DNA of 63,380 nt, the filler included, from Octopus bimaculoides (taxonomy: Eukaryota): the NCBI RefSeq assembly GCF_001194135.2. It is 6 parts of 6 records of this genome, joined end to end, with 100 filler letters (N's around TTAATTAATTAA, not from the genome) between each part and the next. Parts side by side here need not be neighbours in the genome. Positions count along the whole stretch, not along the records: positions 1 to 30,418 come from NC_068992.1; 5 more parts are not named here. One strand, written 5' to 3'. Position numbers and translations under genes: made by a program. Shown one piece after another: positions 1 through 13,307 of this stretch (positions within the stretch are counted from its first letter, which is position 1; every line of letters starts with the position of its first letter). The notes beneath the pieces were generated by a model. The model saw only the letters and a list, made by a program, of their open reading frames with translations. It made no database searches and was not told where the DNA came from.

Positions 1-38
<38 letters not shown>
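1..38. repeat. (AT)n microsatellite abutting the 3' end of a hammerhead-bearing element
   Basis: Pure alternating AT, followed by acatgt. Confidence 0.95.
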
Positions 39-45
<7 letters not shown>

Positions 46-181
46 AGGCTTTTGCTCACGTATAGTGATACTATTAACCTGATGTTAGAACTCAGTATGC
101 ATATTCTACAGAATAAAACTTTTGGCAAGTACAGAGCGTTATATGCTATTAAATCAATGTCGAGATAAGGAATTACCTTAT

Positions 182-263
182 GAACTGACAGCTGTTTCTG
201 CGTTAAGGTGCACTAACTGCGTTAAGGTGCTTGTGCATCGTTACGTAGCGTCGTCGGAGATTC
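182..263 (-). ncRNA. Degenerate type I hammerhead-ribozyme-like motif (Penelope-like element terminus)
   Basis: Minus strand reads gaa(t)ct-CCGACGA-cgc...long loop with duplicated gcaccttaacgcag...gca-GAA-ACAGCTGT(palindrome)-C-agttc. The core has U4>C and stem II is imperfect. Confidence 0.5.
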
Positions 264-400
264 TAAATTGATGTGTATGTTAAACTGGCAAAGTGTTTTC
301 ATATATGGAAATATTCACCGTCGAAAATATAAACATACATGAGAAAATTATATAACTTATGTGTGCATATATATGTTGTGTATTATATTTAAAAATCAGG

Positions 401-678
401 TACTCTCCCGTCATCGGACGAGGTATGCTGGTTCGGCAACGTCTTGCCGAACAAACACGCAAATGATTTGTTTATAGTGATCAAGTGTTTGTGTACACAT
501 GAGCTCACTCCCTCCATCAAATCGACATTACCTTACAGGTTCACCGTGTGCCACATGTCAGATGACGAAATGATCGCATAGCCACGCGAAATGAATGTCT
601 TTGCTCAAGAACAGAACGCAACGCTCGGTCTCGCAATCGTGAGTGCAACACCATAACGACTAAGCCATGCGCCTTCAC
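401..678 (-). mobile_element. tRNA-derived SINE (gtgaaggcgcatggcttag head), B-box region deleted
   Basis: Minus strand starts gtgaaggcgcatggcttagtcgttatggtgttgcactcacg (A-box-like). The body is homologous to the copy at 43968-44214. Confidence 0.75.
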
Positions 679-3290
679 GCACACACACACACAAACACAC
701 ACACACATACACACACACACATACACACACACACATACATATATATATATGTTTATGTATATATGTATATGCCTATATGTGTGAGTACGTATGAATATGT
801 GTATATGTGGTGTGTGTGCGTGTGTGTTTATATGCACATATACATACACACATATATATCGAGTTAAATGATTTGATGTATAAGTCTATTCGAACATATA
901 TATATATATGTATCTTATTGTGTGTGTGTATGTATGTGTGTATGTGCGTGTCTGTCTATCTGTCTGCAATTGTGGATTAGTAATATATCTTTCGGGCTGT
1001 GCATACTTATGTGCTAGTAATCTACAAATCTACAAATCAGAATATCTGGATTGCAATATCTTCGGGCATATCGATAATCGTTCACGCTTGACTTAAAGTA
1101 CATTCCTACTTCCAGCATATACACGACTGAAATATGACGTGGGTAATCTAGAATTCGTCATCATTGACTATGTTTCATTCTGCTGAATTAGCATGGAATC
1201 ATGCTATCTAGCTCATTAAAATATCTCTTTAATTATTAGCTTCTATCTAATTATGGGATATGGCTACATCGTGCTTAGTCGTTTTTGGTGTAGTTTTTGC
1301 TTTGGCATTTTTTAGCGATGGTGATCTGATGGGCAAGGTAGCATTCGTATACATTTTTGTACTTTATATTTTTGTCATGCTTCACTTCTTAAAATACAAG
1401 CTGTAACACCTGACACTCACACACCTCACCCAGAGTTTGTTTTTGTTTTTTTTTACTTCTTGTAGATTGTGTTTTTTTTCACTCCTTTATGTTTATAATT
1501 TTCTTTTTCTCTTGCATTTTGTTTTAGCTTTGTTTTTGTTTTGTTTTTCTTTTAGGTGGGGGGGGGGGATCTTTTTTTCTTTTGTTCGATCTGAAGATTT
1601 AACCTAGAATTAGAATTTATGCACTTGAACATTCTACTAAATGAGATGAAACGATAACAACAATAATAATAATAATAATAATATGACGATGATGATGATT
1701 ATCATGATGATGACGAAGAAAGCGAACAAAGAAGAAGAAGAAGAAAAAGAAAAAGAAGAAGGAGAAAAAGAAGAAGAAGAACACCAACAGCAACAACAAA
1801 AACAGCACTAATAAGGACAATGAAAAATAAAATTTAATAGTATAAATAGTAGTAATAGTAATAATACTATAAATAATAACATTCGTAATAATGATTATTT
1901 CGGTTTTGATAAAGAAACACAATGGGTGATGGAGCGAATCCTTTGATGATATTTCTTGTACTACTGTGCATTGTTTATTGTACCCTGTTTTGTTTTGTTT
2001 TTGTTATTTTGTTTTTTATATTTTTAATTCTTGGTTACAAAATTTGTTTTGGTCCATGTTAGTCGTTTTCTTTTTCTCAATCAATATTGGCAATGTTGGT
2101 CAATTACATCACTGACGTTGATTAGTATCCTCATACTAATTCACATATAACCGCAAGAGAAGCAGTAGCAGCGGCAGCAGCAGAAGCAGTAACCTCGACA
2201 ACATCAGCAGAAACAACTAAAAAAAAAAACATAATGACTACGATAATTTGATGTGAGGGTTGATAATGGTTGATAATTCACGAAGAAAGAACAATAATGA
2301 TAGCAATGTTAGCAACGGAAGCTAATCTTTTTTTGTTAGATATTAATAAATCAATATTAATTTAGGCATTATTATTGGTGGTAGTGGTGGCGACGTTGTT
2401 GCTGTCACTTGCTTTGAAAGGTCGTGTTTCACAAATCTGTGGAATATATTGTTTCTTCGTGGATTAATTTATGAAATAAATTTTATATTTTTCCAATTAA
2501 AAAATGAAAGTTATAGAAGACGGCAGACGAATGTTTGAATGTTTTACTCTAACCTTGAGATACAAAGATTTGTTTTCAGACATTTCAAACTATTCACGCA
2601 TTTTTTTACAAAGAGATAAATTTACTCGTTTCACTAGGTGGCCAAAATTTGCAGGAAATGGTCACCAGAATCATGAAAGTTCTATCGATAACAAATATAT
2701 TCCCATCCTATCTTCAAAAACAAAAATAAAAAAGAAAACATCTTCGTCATCTTATTATTGTTACAATTATGAAATCATCATCATCGTCATTATTATTATT
2801 ATTANNNNNNNNNNNNNNNNNNNNNNNNNNNNNNNNNNNNNNNNNNNNNNNNNNNNNNNNNNNNNNNNNNNNNNNNNNNNNNNNNNNNNNNNNNNNNNNN
2901 NNNNNNNNNNNNNNNNNNNNNNNNNNNNNNNNNNNNNNNNNNNNNNNNNNNNNNNNNNNNNNNNNNNNNNNNNNNNNNNNNNNNNNNNNNNNNNNNNNNN
3001 NNNNNNNNNNNNNNNNNNNNNNNNNNNNNNNNNNNNNNNNNNNNNNNNNNNNNNNNNNNNNNNNNNNNNNNNNNNNNNNNNNNNNNNNNNNNNNNNNNNN
3101 NNNNNNNNNNNNNNNNNNNNNNNNNNNNNNNNNNNNNNNNNNNNNNNNNNNNNNNNNNNNNNNNNNNNNNNNNNNNNNNNNNNNNNNNNNNNNNNNNNNN
3201 NNNNNNNNNNNNNNNNNNNNNNNNNNNNNNNNNNNNNNNNNNNNNNNNNNNNNNNNNNNNNNNNNNNNNNNNNNNNNNNNNNNNNNNNNN

Positions 3291-3321
<31 letters not shown>

Positions 3322-4924
3322 ATACACATATATATATGTATGTATGTATGTATATACACATATATATATATACGCATGTATACGCATATATACGTATATG
3401 TATTCATATTTTTCAAAATTTTAATGGAGGAAAAGAGAAGTCCAACGCATGTTACACACACTTTGCTGAACTACTTTCATTTATTAAACTTTTGCTATTT
3501 AGCAAAAAATTGCACGACTCTAATGAACAGCAATGTTTACCGAAACATATGCAGCATTTATTTGACTATTTTTCTCAATTCAAATTTTTTGGGGTCAGTC
3601 TATGAAAAATAAAACATATCTTGGATTGGCGTCTCCTTTAATGATTGACCTATCGTTTTTCCATTAATGAAAAATATGTCACGGTTACAGTACTATTAGA
3701 ACATGTTTCTACCCAGTTTACTGAGTGGGTTGCTACAGAGATAGTCTCTTGGATTTTACTTATTCTCTTAATTGTATACACATAAGAGTGTGTGTGTGTT
3801 TGTGTGTGGGGGGGGCGTGTGGGCGTGTGTGCGTGTGTGTTGGTGTGTGTGTGTGTGTGTGCGCACAAATACGCCAGGATTTCGAGGTTACCTAGCGCCA
3901 AATTTGACCAGGAGTCTTTTTTGCACGTATCCAGATATCTACAAAATTTGACAATGAAGTTTGAATTACACTTTTGTTTATTGTTTATATTTTATAAATA
4001 CATTTATTATATATATTGTTTTGTTTATTCATTTATTCATATTTGGAAGTCTATTAATATTGTTGATGTTGTAATTGTTATTGTCAGTACAGTAAATGTG
4101 GCTAACAAAGAGTTTATCATGACATAAAATCAAAAATATTTGAAGTTAATATTTAAGGATGAGACGAAAACAATAGATGTTTGTATACAAGCACCTATCG
4201 CCCACTTCAAACTTCACAGACATCAGCATCCATAGTTACTGCCTCCAACAGATGACACCACTCCATCTTACAAGCACACTTATAGGCCAAAATAACATCC
4301 TTCTCATCAATCAGCTTCCAACTAGAAACACGAAGACATGACGGAATACGTCGCGAATGATAGTGCATTGCTGCCTGTCCAGGAAATGCTGATAAGGGAG
4401 AAAGAGCTGAAACTCGGGTGAATGATTTTGCATGCGTAAGCATATAGGAACATAAGGTATGTCCCATTGTGCATAACGTACGCCCGTATGTTCATAACGT
4501 ATGTTATGTATTCATGTATGTATGACGTATGTAGATAAGTAGGTAGGTAGGTAAGTTTCAGGATCAATCAATAAAGTAGCAATCAATTACTCCTTTCAAT
4601 TGTTACTTTCTGTCACTCACTATCCCTCTTTTTCGACCCCTTTCTCTCACTCTCTTTCTCTCCCTTATTCTTCTACTCTCTTTCTCTCACATTCCCTTGT
4701 GTTCACTGAAAGAAATCAGTTGCCTTATCAGAGCTTGGGAAATTGATGCACCAGGTTTAAAGCACCCAAACACAGCGTATATCATTTTCCCTTACGGTTT
4801 CATCAGTTGTATTGACTAGAAGACTCACTTTGCCCTTCTGAAATGTAAATTTGTGCCAATTGAGCACAAACGATAGTTAAAGAGATTCTAAAGAAACATG
4901 CTTCAAAATATAAAATGCGTGGGA

Positions 4925-4965
<41 letters not shown>

Positions 4966-5149
4966 TATGTTTCTGTGTGTGCGTATGCAAATATATATGT
5001 GTGTGTTTGTAGGTGCGTGTTTGTATGATAAAAGGAGACGTGATCGAAAAGCTTTTAAAGAATTGGCAGTATGTTGCCAGAATATTCATTAAATCAGAGA
5101 ATACTAAACAGCATATCCCTTTCCTAAATATATATTGTCATCGTCGTTG

Positions 5150-5167
5150 TAGTAGTAGTAGTAGTAC

Positions 5168-5224
<57 letters not shown>

Positions 5225-5260
5225 GTGGTGGTGGTGGTGGTAGTAGTAACAGCAGCAGTA
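5150..5260. repeat. (AGT)n/(GGT)n/(AGC)n compound microsatellite
   Basis: Direct reading; source of the poly-Ser ORF. Confidence 0.9.
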
Positions 5261-6464
5261 GCGTTATGTTATTGTTTATTTGCTAAGGATCTTTAATTTC
5301 AAAAAGTGCTCATTTTCTTTTGAAAAATCTCATTAATTCCCTTCGGCAAATTTGGTGGTTCTTTGTAGTTGTTGATGTTGCTTCTGTTTCAGTTGTTGGT
5401 ATTGTTGTTATTACTATTGTTGCTGTTTCGTTGCAAGCAGGTTTTTGTTCGTATATTTCTGTCTTTTTTTTTTTTTTTTTTTTTTTTTTCAACTTTTTCA
5501 TCTTATCTCAAAACAGTCGAATTGTAAAACGATTTTATTAAAGATATGCAAAAGATGATGAATTGAAGAAAGAGATAAAAGGGAAGGCAGACAGAGAGAG
5601 AAAGTGAATGAGGGAGAGAGAGAGAAAGAGAGAGAGAAAAAGAGGGAGAGGGAAAGAGAGAGAGAAAGACATAGAGAAACGAGGAAAAGGGTGTGGCGAT
5701 AGTTTAACTGAAGGAGGTTGAAAAGAAGTTAAAAATCAAAACAAAATGATAGAAAGTTCACGAAAAGTAGATAAATATCTTGAACAAGATATATCTGGGC
5801 GTCAAGAAACAACAAATGATGGAGTTAAAGAGAATATTTAAGAATATCACCGAGCAATTAACTTCATACTAATAGGGATTAATAAATTCAACAACGTAAA
5901 TTTCATCAATGCTAACGAAGTAAGCCTCCGATCACCTTTGTATTGGTTCCAAATCGTATCGTAATATGTCTTATTATATAAAGGGGTAATATTTATCAAT
6001 AGTTAACTTATGTTGTATTCTTTTCGACTCAACGTTCGTGGACTCACAAAGTGCCTTAACATGTTAGTCGGAGTAACAAAAAGTTTTTTTTTTCTGAAAT
6101 CATACTCTGCTGTTTTGGAATTAGAGAAAAGGGTTACGTGGAATAAGGGCATCCCAGATGTGTCCGAAAAAGGATCGGATCATAATGGTTGTATTTCGCT
6201 TGATATATTCAACCATGTCTGAACTGGATTCCAATGAAACAGAAATATAAAAAAAAAAAAAAAAACAACAGATAATTAGGGGTCTGAATACGACTGAATT
6301 TTTCTCTAATCACGCTTTACCATATTAAATTATTAAGGATGCATCGATGAATGCAGCCCTGTGGTATGCAAGAAGATCAATTACTCGCAGCTGGGATCTA
6401 CTTGATCGTAATTCTATGCGATTAGGAGTGACCTGGGATGCACAAAGAATAGGGTAGGGGTATT

Positions 6465-6678
6465 GACCCACTTCCGTGATGAATGGCCATGGGGTTGCAC
6501 CAACTATGTTCGCCTCCGAGGTACAAGTCTAGGCCAAGTTCATGCAAAGGACCAGCAGTTGCCCATGCATACCAGACTCCCCTCTTCACGCCACTGATGT
6601 TATCGAAGGGAAAGGCAAAGGCCGATACAGCTTGACACCAGTGACATCACAGCTCATTTCGACAGCTGAGTGAACCGC
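6465..6678 (-). mobile_element. 5'-truncated SINE body (cactcagctgtcgaaatgag...gtatcggcctttgcc...ggtgcaacccc)
   Basis: GC-richer island resembling the central/3' part of an abundant cephalopod SINE, recalled from memory. No head present. Confidence 0.55.
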
Positions 6679-6838
6679 AACTACGCAGCATACAGTAATT
6701 TGTATACATTTTCCTGCAATTGGTACAAATGACTCTTCTACAATACAAAGTGAGAGTGCCGATAGATTTTGGGGTGATGGTCTCTCACATTGTCATTGAT
6801 TTCGTGAGTCCATTATTATTTTTTAGTACACTTTCAGC

Positions 6839-6981
6839 TTTGTGCTAATGATTGTTTGTCCTTAACGCTTATCGTTTTGTTCTGATACTTGACCAGTCCT
6901 GAAACGCCTATGCGTTAAACAACCTTCTGCATAAAACTGAAGAAGTATTTCTTGGATCTCAAGCTTCAGGCAAAATTTAGC
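6839..6981 (-). pseudogene. Decayed mariner transposase N-terminal HTH fragment
   Basis: Manual translation AKFCLKLEIQEILLQFYAEGCLTHRRFRTGQVSEQNDKR*GQTIIST aligns, with deletions, to the mariner pattern IKFCVKLG...EMLxxxYGDDCL...WHRRFKxGRESVEDDxRSGRPSTS. Confidence 0.6.
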
Positions 6982-7874
6982 TCGACTAATTTACAGGGTT
7001 ATTGTAACACAGCGTCACAGAACCTCCTACAATACACGACCACGCGTAGATAGTATGAAGCTTGTTTGGAGACTAATATAGGCGGCGATCTAGCAAAGAC
7101 AATTAGCTGCACACGCGTTACTGTTGAAGTGTGCAATCTTAGCACGTGCAATCTGGAAACATTCTGATAAAGCCTCATATCTGTTTCAACACACCATTTC
7201 TCATTTATAAAAAACTTTGCCAAAAATATACGTTGATATGAAATAATCTCTTCCGATATCAGTCTTACATCATGCATTGATTTAGGAATTAAGTACTTCT
7301 AATGATCTTATTTTACAAGTATGTACAAACTTTACTTTAATATGTAAATACTTATACTGCTCAATTCCATAAACACTAATTAATGCATTTGTTTATTAAG
7401 TGAATTGGCTCTGCTACATTTCAGTAATATCTATTTCTTCGGCTTACGATTAAACATGGAATTCTTTAAAAATACACATCAAAGATCACAGAATTTTGCT
7501 CTGACATGATACTCGGGTCATGCAACTACTTAAATAGAATGACCATATGCGTTATCTTGTTATACAAGAATGAAAATAATTCATGATGTGAAATAATAAT
7601 CCGATTTCTCAGTTGATTCTTGATTTATACATGGAAACATTTTCGTTTTACTTTGTCTTATTTCTGTTGAGTTGCATTATAATCATCGGAATGAGGCTGA
7701 TACATGGTCGCTCGACGTGCAAGAAACAGCAGTCAAAACTTTTTCGAATCACACTCTACATTATAGTAATTGATTGTATAATGTAGACTTCTATATCGTC
7801 ACAGAATGGAAAACTAGGGTTAGAAATTACTGGAGAGAAAGTTGACCTTATCTCTACTCGGTTAGAAACAACAT

Positions 7875-8242
7875 GTTAAGCAATAACGGAGCCATCAACC
7901 ATGGGATTTTGGGTTCAGTACCACAGTGTGGTGTCTTGGGTGAGTGTCTTCTACTATAGCCTCGGGTCGACTAAAGACTTGTGACTGGATTTGGAAGACG
8001 GAAACCCAAGGAAGCCCTCATAAATGTGCGTGTGTGCGTGTGCGTGCAGACGCACATTGGTCTTTGCGTTTATGTCTGTACTCCCACTGCTTGACGACTG
8101 GTGTTGGTCTATTTACGTCCTAGTAACCTAACGATTCGGCAAAAAAAACCCGATAGCATAAGTACTAGACTAAAAATGAAGCGTAAGTATTGAGGTTCGA
8201 ATTGTTCGACTAAATCCCTTCAAGGCCATGACTACAATCCAG
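7875..8242 (+). mobile_element. Diverged near-full-length tRNA/CORE-like SINE (tentatively OR2-like)
   Basis: gggttcagtacc B-box, cttgggtgagtgtcttctactatagcctcggg, internal (GT)n spacer and 3' half cttgacgactggtgttgg...cgattcggcaaaa. Homologous to copies at 10110, 14945, 40561 and 55520. Confidence 0.75.
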
Positions 8243-8649
8243 CGCTTGAAGCAGGGAAAGACAAAAGGATATCTTTAGTGCAGTCGTCCATCCCATTGAG
8301 TAGATTTCTCCCTTTACAACCATGAAACATTAACCAATGCCAACATCTTCACTATTTGAAGCCAAATAACTTATGCAACATCAGGGCGGATATTAAGTAA
8401 TACGTGTATGTGTTTGACAATAGCGCTATTTCATTCAATAGGAACGCGTCGATATTCAGCAAAAAACACGCACATGCACAGACACTCACATACACACATA
8501 CACACACATACACACACATTCGTTCACTCAGAAATTTCAGACAAAGAAGCATATACGCACTCTGACAGACAAAATACATGTAATTTGATATTTGAATCTA
8601 ACCTTCATTCGGAAGAGTGAATGAAGCTCCCCCTCCCCTACTTTTCTCC

Positions 8650-8662
8650 ACTCTCTCTCTCC

Positions 8663-8721
<59 letters not shown>

Positions 8722-8727
8722 TCCCTC
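8650..8727. repeat. (CT)n microsatellite
   Basis: Direct reading. Confidence 0.95.
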
Positions 8728-10109
8728 TGCATGAGCGCCCACACATGACTATGATTCATACCCTTTACTTTCCCTCTTTTCTCCTCATTCATTTACATTG
8801 AGGTTCTCATTGCCGCAGTTGTTGTGTCGGAAGAATTTCAACAATTAAACCCCATTCCCTTTTGTTTAATTGATTTAATTAATCCCTGTTGTTTTCAATT
8901 ATCGCTTCCTCCCGTTTTCTTTTACTTTTCTATTATTTGTTTGTTTGTTTTTTTTTTCTTTCTTTTATTGTTTCAATCCAAGTTATTGTTTATCTTTATC
9001 ATCATTCCTAAAGTATTATTTGTTTGTTATGTTTTTATAATTTTGTATTTCAAATGAACACTGGTTCTGAACACATCTCATCCCTCCCTAAATTCTCTGT
9101 TTCTTAGATATAGTAACCTATATGAAAGTATGAAAGATATTAGAGAGGGAGAGAGAGAAAGAGANNNNNNNNNNNNNNNNNNNNNNNNNNNNNNNNNNNN
9201 NNNNNNNNNNNNNNNNNNNNNNNNNNNNNNNNNNNNNNNNNNNNNNNNNNNNNNNNNNNNNNNNNNNNNNNNNNNNNNNNNNNNNNNNNNNNNNNNNNNN
9301 NNNNNNNNNNNNNNNNNNNNNNNNATATATATATAAGGAGAAAATGGGGGTGGTAGAGCTAGTATAAGGAGAAGGAACCTTTGTAATCAAACTGCCAAAA
9401 TAAGTTAAGATAAAAGACTACATAAAGCACGGCTGGCATATTTAAACGGTTCAACAACACGAAATAGCTAAGAACATTCACACGCCTACACACACACATA
9501 AGCACGCACACAACTTAGGCAACAGAACGTGGTTGTGATATTCGCTCCGTAATCACGTGGTCCAAGGTTCTTTAGCACTTTCTTATTAAGATTGATCAAA
9601 TCGCTTCTGCTTTAAGTTTTGGTTTAACCAATACTCTGTGGCAGGAATTTCGAAAGTACCACAATGCAGAAGTCACAGTCCTGCATGTGTGTATGTGTGT
9701 ACGTGTGTGTGTGTGTGTGTGTGTGTTTGTGCATATATGTGTGTGAGTACGTGTTTGTGTTTTTGAGCGTGTGCATGTACACATGTATTTGTATATATGT
9801 CTTAGTATATGTATGCATATATAGGCATATGTATTTGTGGTTACATTTCTACATAAATGTGCATGTGTGTGTATACGTCGGTGGTGCACGTCTAATTTGT
9901 TGCATTTTTTCTCATAAATGCAACAGCATGACCGCAGCCACTTGGCTGAAACACATAAATAAATAAATAAATAAATATCTTAATTAAAAGCAGCGGTTCA
10001 GCATGGCCTCCATCCAAAAGCTGAAGCCAGTAGGGAGGTAAAAAGAAGATGGAGTAACGATGTTGTTAGTCTTGTATGAACTAGTGTTTGCTGCTCATGC
10101 TACCAATGG

Positions 10110-10270
10110 AGATAAATCTTTCAGTTTCTGTCTACCAAATCCACTCACAAGGCTTTGGTCGGCCCGAGGTTATAATAGAAGACACTTGGCCAAGGTGCCA
10201 CGCAGTGGGACTGAACCCAAAACTATGTGGTTGGCAAGCAAGCTACTTACCACATAGCCACTCCTGCGCC
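10110..10270 (-). mobile_element. tRNA/CORE-like SINE 5' half (tentatively OR2-like)
   Basis: Minus strand ggcgcaggagtggctatgtggtaagtagc (A box tggctatgtgg), gggttcagtccc (B box), then ggcaccttggccaagtgtctt, a CORE-like ccttgggcaag motif. Confidence 0.85.
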
Positions 10271-10420
10271 TCGTGATTTTTTTTTTTTCTTTTTGCCTGT
10301 GTTTTCCATGAATTTTCTATAATTTGTTTCCCTTTTCGTGGCTATATTATCCTGATTTTGTATTCTGTTTCGCCTTGTCTATCTTAGACCTATTCCTTCA
10401 TTTGTTTAACATTCGTATTA

Positions 10421-10760
10421 GCTAGCAGAATCGATAGCACGCCGGGGAAAATACATAGCGTCATTTTGCCCGTCTTTACGCTTTAAGGTGTCAAGCAGGC
10501 AGAACTGATAAGATGCCGGGCAAAATACGATACTGAGCTGTATTTCATCTGTCTTTACGTTTTATGGTGGTGAGCTAGAAACGTTAATACACTGAGCAAG
10601 ATACTCAGCTGCATTTCGTCCGTCATTATGTTCTGAGCTCAAATTCTGTCATGGTCGAATTTGTCTTTCATCCATTCAGGGACGAAAGTACCAGTTGAAC
10701 ACTGGATTCGAAGTAAGCAACTTAACTCCTCCTCCGAAACTGCTGGCCTTTGAAACCAAT
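10421..10760 (+). mobile_element. tRNA-headed SINE (gctggcagaa...gagttcaaattc family) preceded by two extra truncated heads
   Basis: Heads at ~10421, ~10485 and ~10564 each contain gcagaa/agaaac...gccggg...gtctttacg. Only the third continues into ctgagctcaaattc...aagtaccagttgaacactgg. Confidence 0.75.
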
Positions 10761-11477
10761 CAGAACTCAGCAGGAACAACAAACTCTACATCAAGTCATC
10801 ATTTATATTGATGTGGAAGAGCTTAGTTCAAACTTTCGGTTTTTAATAACTACCATCATTATCTCCACGTCGGCTTTAACATTCTTGTAAAAGATTATTT
10901 ATTTAACAAAGCAACAATCCGTGGATCTTAATCATTGCACCATTAACTACAGGTTAACTTTCATATTGCTATACATAACCATTAATGCAGCTTAGCCGGA
11001 ATTTTCATATCTTAAGCCTTGCACTGTTAACAAGAGATTAACAATCATAGTGTTATGAAACAATATTTATTCAGTTTAGGCTGCATTCTCAGATCTTAAT
11101 CCCACCATCATTATACAGATGATAACATTATTGTTATTATTAAAGAACTTCTTTTCAGCCTAGCAAGATTCGCCGGATTTTAAATCCTGCCACTAATGAT
11201 GCATACTTAAAATCTATATAGAAGAATAAGATTATGAGTTTGATGTAGTTTTGCTTCATTGCCAGAAAAATAAAAAAAGAATGTAGCATTAATTAAGAAT
11301 ATTTGTTTTCCGATATACGTACATACATGTAATAAAACAGATTTATTATACACACACACACACATATAATATATAAGGATAATCTGGATCTCGACTGAAG
11401 AGAGAAAACTCCGAATGACCTGTCGTGTGTTCTTTGTATTGTTTATCTGTATGTTTTGTGCTCTTGTCCCATTCTGT

Positions 11478-11481
11478 ATTA

Positions 11482-11551
<70 letters not shown>

Positions 11552-11836
11552 TATATACATATATATATACATATAATCATATACTTATCTACATGCCAGT
11601 ATATGTATGCACATGTTCATGAATGTATGTCTATATGTTCGTAGATATATGTGTGTGTGTGTATGTATGTATGCCTAAAATATATATATTCATGCAGGTA
11701 TATATTTACACACGCACAAACACATACACAGACACACACACATGCACATATATATATATATGTACATATATATATATGCGCTATATATGTCTCTATATGT
11801 GAGCATATATATTTATATGTGTGTGTGTTGAGAGAG

Positions 11837-11897
<61 letters not shown>

Positions 11898-11900
11898 AAG
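11478..11900. repeat. (AT)n, (CA)n and (GA)n microsatellite cluster
   Basis: Direct reading; source of the YIYI/ERER ORFs. Confidence 0.9.
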
Positions 11901-12798
11901 GGAGAGAGGTACTCAGACTGACAGACACACAGTAGTAATTAACTTTTTTTCTTTTTTCTAAATTCTCCATGTTTTGCATTTATGTTAAGAAGTAGATTAC
12001 CTATCCTTTTATTGATTAGTTAAATCTTTACTTCTCAAAAAGTGTTATAACCTGATTTTCACTTTAGATTGAAGTTGCATTCTCTAAAGAATATCAGACA
12101 TAATAAAAAGAACCGACGTTGGACTACATTTGTAGCTGAATCATCGTTTATGAAGACTACGAACAAAAACGACGAAATTACTGAGCACAAACGAGATGAC
12201 GAACGAAACAAACATACTGCACCTCGTTTGCTCAAGAGATTTTGCTAAAATTATCTTTTAGGACATTTGTTCAACAAACTTATAATTTAGAATCCTGTTC
12301 TAGTTATTTCGCCCTATTTTTTTTTCCTATTTTGTCATTCTATTTTTTCTATCTTATGTGTATGAATTTTTGAAACTGTCACTCACAGAACAGATAGTGA
12401 CTCCACGTTGGGTGAGGAGTTCGTTCTTGCAATTTGATGTATAATATGGAATGTAGTATGAAATGTTGCTTCATTTGGTCTGGGATATTGCAGATGCGAA
12501 GTCAATTCCATACAGACTAACAGAAGAATTCTAGACATAAATAAATTTGCTAAGGATTTCGAGGTGAAAATAATGTTTGCTGAAGTATGGAGCGATGATG
12601 GCGATACTATAAGATACTTTTTTTTTAATTTAAAAAAAGTATTGATTTGACAAGCTATAACATGTTTTTTTTTTGAATATATTGTAATGTAGATAGTATT
12701 ATTGTAAATTAGTATTTTATGACACTATCTAGAGAAGGAAACGAATAAAAAAAAACACATTTCAGGTGTTTAATGTACACAATGATATATATAGATGA

Positions 12799-12840
<42 letters not shown>

Positions 12841-13152
12841 NNNNNNNNNNNNNNNNNNNNNNNNNNNNNNNNNNNNNNNNNNNNNNNNNNNNNNNNNNNN
12901 NNNNNNNNNNNNNNNNNNNNNNNNNNNNNNNNNNNNNNNNNNNNNNNNNNNNNNNNNNNNNNNNNNNNNNNNNNATATATATAGATAGATAGATAGATAG
13001 ATAGATATAAATATGTTATACTGTATTTACTCGTCTTTTGTAAATTTGTCATTTCATTTTCAACATTTGGCGTTTTTTTTCTCTTTGATACATATTTAAA
13101 ATATTTATACTTTTCAAATATATCTATGTAATAATATTCATAATCTCACACC

Positions 13153-13213
<61 letters not shown>

Positions 13214-13250
13214 CTCACCCTATTCTCGATATGTATGTGTGTGTGTGTTT

Positions 13251-13307
13251 GTGATGAATCATGTACTCGCTTATGTAGCAAACACAGATTACGAAACAGC
13301 TGTCAAC
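13251..13307 (+). ncRNA. Degenerate hammerhead-like motif
   Basis: GTGATGA-atc...gattac-GAA-ACAGCTGT-C-aac. Same palindromic stem III as at 188-195, but C3>G and stem II appears partly deleted. Confidence 0.35.

Noticed and set aside
4207-4467. 86-aa minus ORF and a nearby plus-strand AG|GTATGT donor
   Set aside because: No recognisable homology, and no plus frame stays open up to the donor.
6010-6222. LNVRGL motif resembling a LINE APE endonuclease start (also CSLNVAGL on minus strand near 13790)
   Set aside because: No following DxxxxQET or other APE motifs; likely chance.
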